Assembly (NCBI RefSeq): GCF_000010625.1
Contig: NC_010296.1
Coordinates: forward strand, 5,550,001-5,582,000
Length of the DNA: 32,000 nucleotides
Direction: 5' to 3'
DNA from: Microcystis aeruginosa NIES-843
GTDB taxonomy: Bacteria; Cyanobacteriota; Cyanobacteriia; Cyanobacteriales; Microcystaceae
Part shown: in pieces, positions 1 to 7,792 of the stretch
Numbering within the stretch: the stretch's first letter is position 1
How the letters are laid out: every line of letters starts with the position of its first letter
The notes under the pieces: model-generated
The model's input: the letters and a program-made list of their open reading frames with translations, nothing else
Databases searched by the model: none
Told to the model about the DNA's origin: nothing
Translations under genes and position numbers: made by a program

Positions 1-2193
1 TCCTACTGAAATCAGTAGCCTCAGTTGCGATGGTGTGCAATCCAATACATCTATTTTTTGCTGCCGCAGGTAGGATAACATGGCATGGCCATCAAATCGC
101 ACCTTTTCTGGCACAATGTTCAGGCTATGACCATATATCAGTTGGATAATCTGTTTCACGGAAGTGTCAAAAGCTAAAGAACCATTGATGCTGACTCGCA
201 ATGGGGAAATCTGATGGTGAGCATAAATAGCTTGATGCAGTCCGTGAGCAAGATTGACAACGGAGGAATGCTGAATCATCACTCCCTTTGGGTCTCCTGT
301 TGAACCTGAAGTGTAGATTGCATAAGCTAAGTTTTCCGGTTGAACTTCACAGCAGGGATTTGATTCCTGTGCTTGAGTGATAAACGACCAGTCAGTATCT
401 AAACAAACGAGTTCTGATTGGTGTTTTGGAAGTCCTGCGATTAAATGTTTTTGGGTTAATAGAACTCTAACTTGAGCATCTTGGAGTATATACAGTAAAC
501 GCTCAGTTGGATACTCAGGGTCAATTGGTAAATAACCTCCACCTGCTTTCAAAATACCTAGCAGTCCTACCATCATTTCTAGGGAACGCTCGACACAAAT
601 TCCCACCAACACATCTGGTCCCACCCCCAAATTTTGCAGGTAATGAGCTAACTGGTTCGCTCTGGCATTCAACTCCCGATAATTTAACTGCTGGTCTTCA
701 AACACGACCGCTATATGATCAGGAGTTCGTTCCACCTGTTCCTCAAACAATTGATGAATACACTTATCTAATGGATAGTCAGCCTGAGTATTATTCCACT
801 CAAAAAGTAACTGCTGCTGCTCAACTTCTGTGAGCATTAATAATTGGAAAATGGGCTGCTGTGGGTTCAGCACAATAGAGTTGAGCAGTCTGACAAAATG
901 CTTGACCATACGCTCAATGGTAGCGGCATCAAATAAGTCGGTGTTATATTGCCAACACGGCTCAATCTCCCCTTTCGCTTCCCTTACCATTAAACTCAAA
1001 TCCAAGTGTCCGCCTCGTTGTCCTTTCAAGTATGGCTCCATTCGCAACAGGGATTTTTGCAAATGCAAGGAATTATTTTTTGCTTCACACCAAGTTAGTG
1101 CTTGCCAAGCAAAACTGACTTGACATAAAGGCGAACGGCTAGTATCTCTTTGTGGCTGAAGTTTATCTGCTAACCAAGAAAATGGGTAATCTTGATGCTT
1201 TTGGGCTTGTCTAACTATTTTGCCAACTTGAGCCAGAAGTTCTGTAAATGTGGCATTCTCCTGAACAGAAATTCTTAAAACGGTCAGGTTGGAAAAGTAG
1301 CCAACAATCTCTTTAAATTCTTTAGCCGTCCGACCTCTCATCGGACTACCTATAAGAATATCTGTTTGATTAGTGTAGCGGTAAAGTTGGACGTAAAATG
1401 CTGTGAGCAGAATCTGATAAAGACTGGTGTTCGATGCTGAAGCTAGATACCTGAGTTTTTCAGTTAACTGTTCATCTAGCTTGGCAATGTATGAGGCTCC
1501 TTGATAAGTCTTTACTGGAGGGCGAGGTTTGTCGGGAAGCAGATGCAAAATTGGCAATTCGCCAGCTAATTGTTGTTGCCAATATTGCCACAGTTTTTCT
1601 CCCCTATTACCCGATAGCATTGCTGCTTGCCATTGGACAAAATTTGCATAAGTTTTATTTTCATTCCAAGAATCTGGGGCTGTTTCTGTCTGCTGTTGAC
1701 TAACTTGCTCCACTTCCTCGGGATATAAAGCTTGAAATTCACTCAGCAGTAAATTATAAGACCACATATCACCAGCAATGTGGTGCATTGTCAGCAAGAG
1801 AATGTGTTCTGCTGCTGAACGAGTAAATAAATTCACCCGCAAAACTGAATCTTTTTCTAAGTTAAAAGGGCGGTCAGCAATAGCATAGATTTTTTCTACT
1901 AATTGGTCTTCGCTCCAGTCGCTGGCATCTATTACCTCAACCTTAAAATTCTCTTGCTGGTTAACCTTCTGTACCGGTTTGCCTTCATAACTGGTATAGG
2001 TGGTTCTCAGAATTGGGTGCTTTTCAATAATTTTTTGCCAGACACGATTGACAACAGCAATGTTTAAATAAGCATGAATTTTTGCAGTAATAAATATATT
2101 ATAAGCAACGCTCTCCGGAGCAATTTGGCAGATTAACCACATTGCTTCTTGTCCCGGTGAAAGTGGGTAAATTGTTTTCATATTTCTACTCAT
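1..2193 (-). CDS. Non-ribosomal peptide synthetase, N-terminal part (condensation domain followed by the start of an adenylation domain); 3' end runs off the window
   Basis: The minus-strand frame is open from the ATG at 2193 (alternative ATG 2181) to position 1. It is absent from the ORF track because it has no stop in the window. My translation reads MSRNMKTIYPLSPGQEAMWL... It carries the C-domain His motif MHHIAGDMW (about 1762-1788) and A-domain core motifs LNYRELN, LKAGGGYLPIDP and AYAIYTSGSTGDPKGV (about 280-330). Confidence 0.9.
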   Translation of the reverse strand, partial: MSRNMKTIYPLSPGQEAMWLICQIAPESVAYNIFITAKIHAYLNIAVVNRVWQKIIEKHPILRTTYTSYEGKPVQKVNQQENFKVEVIDASDWSEDQLVEKIYAIADRPFNLEKDSVLRVNLFTRSAAEHILLLTMHHIAGDMWSYNLLLSEFQALYPEEVEQVSQQQTETAPDSWNENKTYANFVQWQAAMLSGNRGEKLWQYWQQQLAGELPILHLLPDKPRPPVKTYQGASYIAKLDEQLTEKLRYLASASNTSLYQILLTAFYVQLYRYTNQTDILIGSPMRGRTAKEFKEIVGYFSNLTVLRISVQENATFTELLAQVGKIVRQAQKHQDYPFSWLADKLQPQRDTSRSPLCQVSFAWQALTWCEAKNNSLHLQKSLLRMEPYLKGQRGGHLDLSLMVREAKGEIEPCWQYNTDLFDAATIERMVKHFVRLLNSIVLNPQQPIFQLLMLTEVEQQQLLFEWNNTQADYPLDKCIHQLFEEQVERTPDHIAVVFEDQQLNYRELNARANQLAHYLQNLGVGPDVLVGICVERSLEMMVGLLGILKAGGGYLPIDPEYPTERLLYILQDAQVRVLLTQKHLIAGLPKHQSELVCLDTDWSFITQAQESNPCCEVQPENLAYAIYTSGSTGDPKGVMIQHSSVVNLAHGLHQAIYAHHQISPLRVSINGSLAFDTSVKQIIQLIYGHSLNIVPEKVRFDGHAMLSYLRQQKIDVLDCTPSQLRLLISVG

Positions 2194-2794
2194 GACTCTC
2201 CCGCATTTGTGATGATCAAAAAAGGTTTCTAGGCGAGGGCGTATGTTTTATGCCGCTACAGAAACCGAATTTGCCCCACTGTAGGGGCGCAAGGAAGCCG
2301 AGGACAAAATGTAATATATATTGAACATTTTTCACCATGATGTCGCAAGGTCTGTTATCGCTTTGAGGGAACAGGAAACGGGGAAGAAAATCGGCGCACC
2401 TCATTACTTTGAACCCTGTATCCTGAAATCCTATCATAGAAAAGAAAATTTGTCATGGTCAACAAAATTCGGTAATATGTGGTAGTCTGAGAAGCGCTCA
2501 CTAGCTTTAGCTATCAAAACAATGGTTACTTGTAGTAAGATAACGAGGGTTAAAAAAGCAGTAGCAGGGGGCTGAGAAAGCGATCACTCTATGCTGACAG
2601 ATAAAGCGACGGGAGTATGTTACCACAACTCAAGCACAATAACCTTAAAATTGTCGGGGAGCTTTATATTTTCGCCAATTGCCTTCTACTCCGCCAATCC
2701 AGCCAAAATCTAAAATCATCGGAAATTTTGGGTCTGAAACCCCGCCGTTTTACGGCGGCTTTGCTGTTAAATCTTAGCGCATTTACAAAATATG

Positions 2795-2803
2795 TGTTAG
2801 AAT
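2795..2803 (+). promoter_or_regulatory. Candidate extended -10 promoter (TGtTAGAAT) for tnpB, implying a leaderless or near-leaderless mRNA
   Basis: A TGnTAGAAT motif ends 7 nt before the tnpB ATG at 2811. The same motif (TGcTAGAAT) sits at the same offset in copy 2. No Shine-Dalgarno sequence lies between it and the ATG. Confidence 0.35.
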
Positions 2804-2810
2804 GTGAGAC

Positions 2811-3998
2811 ATGGAAAAAGCCTATTCGTTTCGATTTTACCCCACACCAACACAAGAGTCGCTATTGCGGCGCACATTGGGCTGTGTAAGATTAGTTTAC
2901 AACAAAGCTCTCCACGAACGAACACAAGCTTGGTACGAAAGACAAGAAAGAGTAGGATATACTGAAACTTCTTCAATGCTAACCGATTGGAAAAAACAAG
3001 AAGAATTAGAGTTTTTAAACGAAGTTAGCTGTGTACCTTTACAACAAGGGTTAAGACATTTACAAACAGCTTTTACTAACTTCTTTGCTGGTCGTACTAA
3101 GTATCCTAACTTTAAGAAAAAACATCAGGGAGGAAGTGCCGAATTTACCAAATCTGCTTTTAAGTTCAAAGACAAACAAATCTATTTAGCCAAATGCACA
3201 AAACCTTTACCTATTCGGTGGTCAAGACAAATACCAGAAGCTTGTGACCCAAGTACAGTAACAGTCAGATTACATCCTTCAGGACGTTGGCATATCTCAA
3301 TAAGATTTGATGACCCAACAATTAAGCCATTACCAGTAACAGATAAAGCCATCGGAATTGACTTAGGAATTAGTAGCCTCGTGATTACCAGCGATGGAGA
3401 CAAGGTATCTAATCCTAAGCATTTTAAGAAACATTATCGGAGACTGCGAAAGGCCCAAAAAAGCCTTTCTAGAAAACAGAAAGGCTCAAAAAATCGGGAA
3501 AAAGCAAGAATCAAAGTAGCAAGGATTCACGCTCGAATCACCGATAACAGAAAAGACCATTTACACAAGCTAACCACTCAATTAGTTCGTGAAAACCAAA
3601 CGATTGTGGTTGAGAATTTAGCCGTCAAGAATATGGTCAAAAACCCGAAATTATCTCAGGCAATATCTGACGTTAGCTGGGGAGAAATCACCCGACAATT
3701 AGCCTATAAATGCCGTTGGTACGGCAGAAATTACATCGAAATAGATAGATGGTTTCCTAGCTCTAAAAGGTGTAGTAATTGCGGGTATATTGCTGAGAAA
3801 ATGCCGTTAAATATTCGAGAATGGGACTGTCCAGACTGTGGGACACACCATGACCGAGATATTAACGCCAGTAAAAATATTTTGGCCGCAGGGCTTGCGG
3901 TGTCAGTCTGTAGAGCGACCATAAGACCAGAACAGAGTAAATCTGTTAAGGCAGGTGCGGAACCCCGCAAGGGAAAGAAGCAGAAACCTAAATCGTGA
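2811..3998 (+). CDS. tnpB: TnpB (IS605 OrfB family RNA-guided RuvC nuclease / transposon-associated protein)
   Basis: 395-aa ORF. RuvC-like motifs are IGIDLGI, VVENL and HDRDINAS. The zinc-finger motif is CSNCGY...CPDCG. The N-terminus MEKAYSFRFYPT is typical of OrfB/TnpB. Confidence 0.95.
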   Translation: MEKAYSFRFYPTPTQESLLRRTLGCVRLVYNKALHERTQAWYERQERVGYTETSSMLTDWKKQEELEFLNEVSCVPLQQGLRHLQTAFTNFFAGRTKYPNFKKKHQGGSAEFTKSAFKFKDKQIYLAKCTKPLPIRWSRQIPEACDPSTVTVRLHPSGRWHISIRFDDPTIKPLPVTDKAIGIDLGISSLVITSDGDKVSNPKHFKKHYRRLRKAQKSLSRKQKGSKNREKARIKVARIHARITDNRKDHLHKLTTQLVRENQTIVVENLAVKNMVKNPKLSQAISDVSWGEITRQLAYKCRWYGRNYIEIDRWFPSSKRCSNCGYIAEKMPLNIREWDCPDCGTHHDRDINASKNILAAGLAVSVCRATIRPEQSKSVKAGAEPRKGKKQKPKS

Positions 3999-4056
3999 GG
4001 TTTGGGAATCACCGTCCGTTTACGGCGGTGAGGATGTCAATCCAGCAAAATGTCCA
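3890..4056 (+). ncRNA. Predicted omega RNA (reRNA) of tnpB copy 1: scaffold overlapping the tnpB 3' end and right end, plus about 16 nt of flank-derived guide
   Basis: Placement follows the known TnpB architecture. Support from the sequence: a right-end hairpin with a compensatory base-pair change between copies, and a small hairpin CCC-GCAA-GGG (3964-3973) that is replaced by a UUCG-loop hairpin in copy 2. The 5' boundary is a guess. Confidence 0.4.
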
Positions 4057-4077
4057 CAACTCAAATATAAATGCTAT

Positions 4078-6147
4078 ATGTCCGCCAAAGTCCCTCAAGA
4101 TCGATCGACGACTAATATTATCTCCGATGTCAGCAAATTTTGGCACAGTGTCAAGCTGATCGCTGCTCCCTATTGGTATCCTACTGAATCGGGGGGAAGG
4201 ACTTTTGCCGATGTGATGAAAGCTTGGGCAATGCTCATCCTACTAATCGGGGCAATCCTAGGAGTTGTGGGATTAAATGCTTTCAATAGCTTTGTTAGTA
4301 ATTACTTAGTTGATGTCATCCTTGAAAAAAATGATTTTGATAAATTTGTCAGAACTTTGGTAGTTTTTGCGGTTGGACTGCTCTTTGTCACCCTTTTAGT
4401 TGGCTTGCTTAAATTTCTCAGAAAAAGAATCGCCCTAGATTGGTATGCTTGGCTCAATGACTGGATTCTCAACAAATATTTGCATAATCGCGCCTATTAC
4501 AGAATTAATTTTAAATCCGATATCGACAACCCAGATCAGCGTTTATCCCAGGAAATTGAGCCGATTACCAGTAAAGCTCTCTCCTTTTTTGCAGTTGCCC
4601 TGGAAAATGTCCTAGATATGATTACTTTTTTAGTGATTCTCTGGTCAATTTCTTCCTCTGTCGCCATTATCTTAGTCGTTTGGACAATTCTCGGTAACGT
4701 CATTGCTATCTATTTTAACCAAGCCTTAAATAAAATCACTCAAGAAGAATTAGAACTTAAGGCTAACTATAATTATGCTCTAACCCACATTCGTAATCAT
4801 GCGGAGTCAATCGCTTTCTTTGAGGGAGAAAATCAGGAATTAAATATTATTCAGCGGCGATTTAATAAACTCTTAGACAGCGCTAAACGTAAAATTGATT
4901 GGGAGAGAGGCACAGAAATTTTTAGTCGGGGCTATCAGGCGGCAATTCAAGTATTTACTTTTGTCATTTTGGGTCCTTTGTATATCAATAGTGAGGGCAT
5001 TAGTTTCGGACAGGTCGGGCAAGCCTGTTTAGCGGCTAATTTGTTTGCTACGGCGCTGGCGGAATTAATTAGTGAATTTGGCACTTCGGCACAATTTAGC
5101 AGTTATGTTGAACGTCTATCGCAATTTTCCCAAGCCTTAGAAGAAGTCATTAAACAACCGGAAAATTTAAGCACGATTAAAACCATCGAAGAAAACCAAT
5201 TTTCCTTTGAAGATGTCACCTTGCAAACCCCCGATTATGAACAGGTAATTGTCGAAAACCTCTCCCTTTCTGTTCAGCCAGGACAAGGTTTATTAATTGT
5301 CGGTCCGAGTGGTCGGGGTAAAAGTTCCTTGCTACGCGCAATTGCCGGTTTATGGAATGCAGGCACAGGCCGATTAGTGCGTCCCCCCCTAGAAGAAGTA
5401 TTGTTTCTGCCCCAACGTCCCTATATAATATTAGGAACCTTGCGAGAACAGTTACTTTATCCCAATCGCAATCAAGAAACCAATGAGATAAAATTAAGGG
5501 AAGTTTTACAAGAAGTCAATCTCCAAAATTTACTAAATCGAGTCAATAGCTTTGATACAGAAGAGCCTTGGGAAAACATTTTGTCCCTGGGAGAACAACA
5601 ACGTTTGGCTTTTGCTAGGGTATTAATTACCCGTCCCAGTTTTACTATCCTCGATGAAGCCACAAGTGCTTTGGACTTAAACAATGAGGAAAATTTATAT
5701 CGGCAATTGCAGAAAACTCACACAACTTTTATTAGTGTTGGACATCGGGAAAGTCTCTTTAACTATCATCAATGGGTTTTAGAACTCTCTAGTAATTCCC
5801 ATTGGCAACTGCTTACAGTGGAGGAATATCGCCGACAAAAAGTGAAAGAAATTATTAATATTTCTGTCGATAATTCTCAAGATAGGCTCGAAGATTTACC
5901 GAATCAGGAAACCGAGGTCAATCCTAAAATCAATTCTGCCGGGGAACCCCCCCCCGAATCGCCAACGACAACAATCTTAACAGAAGTCGAAGAGGGACTT
6001 TCCCATGCACAAATGAAGGAATTAAGCGACTATTCCCTTAGTAGCATCAGAAGCAAAGCCAGTCAGGGAAAATCAATTACGGGGAAAGATGGACTGACCT
6101 ATCGCTATGACAAAGACCCTAAAATCTTAAAATGGCTAAGAGTTTAG
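4078..6147 (+). CDS. ABC transporter, fused permease/ATPase of the SbmA/BacA-like (ABC_membrane_2, ABCD-like) type
   Basis: Motifs: Walker A GPSGRGKSS, signature LSLGEQQR, Walker B ILDEATSALD, H-loop SVGHR. The TMD carries DNPDQRLSQEI. Start is moved to M42 of the 730-aa track ORF (ATG 4078), because the first 41 codons lie inside the IS right end. About 100 aa extend past the NBD. Confidence 0.9.
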   Translation: MSAKVPQDRSTTNIISDVSKFWHSVKLIAAPYWYPTESGGRTFADVMKAWAMLILLIGAILGVVGLNAFNSFVSNYLVDVILEKNDFDKFVRTLVVFAVGLLFVTLLVGLLKFLRKRIALDWYAWLNDWILNKYLHNRAYYRINFKSDIDNPDQRLSQEIEPITSKALSFFAVALENVLDMITFLVILWSISSSVAIILVVWTILGNVIAIYFNQALNKITQEELELKANYNYALTHIRNHAESIAFFEGENQELNIIQRRFNKLLDSAKRKIDWERGTEIFSRGYQAAIQVFTFVILGPLYINSEGISFGQVGQACLAANLFATALAELISEFGTSAQFSSYVERLSQFSQALEEVIKQPENLSTIKTIEENQFSFEDVTLQTPDYEQVIVENLSLSVQPGQGLLIVGPSGRGKSSLLRAIAGLWNAGTGRLVRPPLEEVLFLPQRPYIILGTLREQLLYPNRNQETNEIKLREVLQEVNLQNLLNRVNSFDTEEPWENILSLGEQQRLAFARVLITRPSFTILDEATSALDLNNEENLYRQLQKTHTTFISVGHRESLFNYHQWVLELSSNSHWQLLTVEEYRRQKVKEIINISVDNSQDRLEDLPNQETEVNPKINSAGEPPPESPTTTILTEVEEGLSHAQMKELSDYSLSSIRSKASQGKSITGKDGLTYRYDKDPKILKWLRV

Positions 6148-6208
6148 CCGATGAGAGACGGGTCAAAAAACAACGTTAAACTATTACACCAACTTAGCTA
6201 CCCAAAAA

Positions 6209-7378
6209 ATGAATCAAACCCTGGTTAATCAACAACAGTTGTTCCAAGAAATCGTCCAAGATATCGAGCAAAATAAAATTGCAATCGCGGCGAAAAAACT
6301 CCGTCAACAGGAAGCAGATAGCTGTGAAGTTCCGGCTCAGTGGCTCTGGAAAACAGCAGCGGCTTTAGAAACCAACGACTGGAGCATTTTATCAGAAGAT
6401 TTCATTAATCTGAATTTTATCGGCAAAAATGGTTATTTTCTGATGATTGCTCCCTATCGCATCAATCGTCAGGGAGAACGACAACTCACGTTGAGTGCAA
6501 TTTACGGAAAAATTCACCAAAATAGTCAACCTTCTATCGAACAACTAGAAAGCTTGACTCGTGAAAAATTTGGCAGTCTAAGACAACCGATTCCCAGAAA
6601 TTTATCCTTTACTGAAATTGCTAGTTGCGGCACGGTTAAAGGTGAAAAGGGGGAGGCTTTTATCGTTCCCCATAGGTGGACTTTTCCCAATAGTGTTCAG
6701 GGACCAGCTTTAAATAATGCCAGTGAGCAAAAAAGACGCTTTTCCGGTTCTAGCTATGAATGTATCCGAAAAATTTTTGAGCCAGAAACGGCCGATTTGC
6801 TATTAGGACCCCTGGAGGATCAAATTAATGGTGAACGCTATCGTCATCTCGATACCCAATTCCATGAAGCGGGTCATGCTAGTGGGTTGGGATTTGACTT
6901 AAAACTCAAAAATAAACTGTTTCAAAACTATACCTATGCCGGAGTCGAGGAGTGGCGCTCAGATAGTTTAGGCTTTGAATTTGCCGATTGTGCTTTACCT
7001 GCCGAAGAAGCGGGAAAATTAGTCGCTGTTAATTTCTGCATTCGCTTTGGTTTAGATGCTCACCGTTTAGGGGGTTTAGAAAAAGATGTGGATGTCCACG
7101 CTAGTTTGATCAGTTTGGAATATCTCTTGCAAAATGATGCCATTTATCTCACAAAAAATGGTCAATTGTCTCTGCGTAATGTCAGTTATCCAGGCTTACT
7201 AAAAGCGGTGGAAATGCACCGAACAAAAGCCTTATCTCTAACGCGAAGGGAGTTAAATCTAAATAGTCCAACAGGTCTTTTTGCTCTGTATAAAGTAGAG
7301 ATTCATCCCGCAACCCAATTAATTTTTCAGGGACTAATTGTAGAGCGCTGCCGAGGAATTTGGTTAGAGTTACAATAA
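6209..7378 (+). CDS. Hypothetical protein with HExxH...E (gluzincin-like) metallopeptidase signature
   Basis: 389-aa ORF starting 61 bp after the ABC transporter. It contains the motif FHEAGHASG followed by GVEEWRSD about 25 residues later. I recognise no family. Confidence 0.7.
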   Translation: MNQTLVNQQQLFQEIVQDIEQNKIAIAAKKLRQQEADSCEVPAQWLWKTAAALETNDWSILSEDFINLNFIGKNGYFLMIAPYRINRQGERQLTLSAIYGKIHQNSQPSIEQLESLTREKFGSLRQPIPRNLSFTEIASCGTVKGEKGEAFIVPHRWTFPNSVQGPALNNASEQKRRFSGSSYECIRKIFEPETADLLLGPLEDQINGERYRHLDTQFHEAGHASGLGFDLKLKNKLFQNYTYAGVEEWRSDSLGFEFADCALPAEEAGKLVAVNFCIRFGLDAHRLGGLEKDVDVHASLISLEYLLQNDAIYLTKNGQLSLRNVSYPGLLKAVEMHRTKALSLTRRELNLNSPTGLFALYKVEIHPATQLIFQGLIVERCRGIWLELQ

Positions 7379-7408
7379 GTACCTAGGGTTTGCTGTTAAC
7401 CGGCCCGG

Positions 7409-7441
7409 GGAGGGATGTCCATCAGCCATGAGCATCCCTCC
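7409..7441 (+). terminator. Stem-loop downstream of the 6209-7378 ORF (possible terminator, no U-tract)
   Basis: GGAGGGATG (7409-7417) and CATCCCTCC (7433-7441) form a perfect 9-bp stem with a 15-nt loop. It starts 31 nt after the stop codon. No T-run follows. Confidence 0.3.
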
Positions 7442-7576
7442 AAAGCCTATTGATGGCGATAGGGATTGGGGTCAACTCCTCTGAGTTTCTCGCCACAGCA
7501 AGTGCCGGCTCTGGAATATTAGTCGTTGACTCCTAAGTAGCTGTTTGCAATTAAATAGAAGATAGGTTTTGCACTC

Positions 7577-7626
7577 GATCCCCCCTGCCCCCCTTAATAA
7601 GGGGGGTGCCGACAGGCGGGGGGATC
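7577..7626. repeat. Nested G/C-rich palindromic element
   Basis: The inner palindrome CCCCCCTTAaTAAGGGGGG is perfect. The outer arms GATCCCCCCTGCC / GGCGGGGGGATC are nearly complementary. Confidence 0.5.
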
Positions 7627-7792
7627 TTAGAGTTTTTTACGCCCATCTACTTACACATTTATTTATATATATCGCTAGATAACTAAAATGTGTTAAGCTA
7701 GGCGGTAGCATTCTGGGAAATCACGACAGATAGATCAGTCTCTTATTCGTCAGAATCCCTGAACCCCTGATTACCTCTTTCTCCCCCGGTCG

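Larger units (their letters stand above)
2716..4040 (+). mobile_element. IS200/IS605-family element, tnpB-only (IS1341-like, no tnpA), copy 1
   Basis: Sequence is shared with copy 2 (13336-14663), starting at TCATCG and ending at GAGGATGTCAA. The left end has the subterminal hairpin CCGCCGttttaCGGCGG (2742-2758). The right end has the hairpin CACCGTCCGtttaCGGCGGTG (4010-4030). Boundaries come from where the two copies stop aligning, so they are good to a few nt only. Confidence 0.85.

Noticed and set aside
507-1703. Plus-strand ORFs of 70-108 aa (507-833, 830-1123, 1491-1703)
   Set aside because: They lie antisense to a continuous NRPS reading frame that has clear C- and A-domain motifs. Their translations are low-complexity with no recognisable features.
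2216-2889. Small ORFs at 2216-2437 (-), 2617-2889 (+) and 2664-2855 (-)
   Set aside because: They lie in the NRPS promoter region and the IS left end. They overlap each other and the tnpB start. There are no RBSs or motifs.
3955-4077. N-terminal 41 codons of the 730-aa track ORF
   Set aside because: This stretch overlaps the tnpB 3' end and the IS right-end hairpin, and it is shared with IS copy 2, which has no such gene downstream. The ABC transporter most likely starts at the ATG at 4078.
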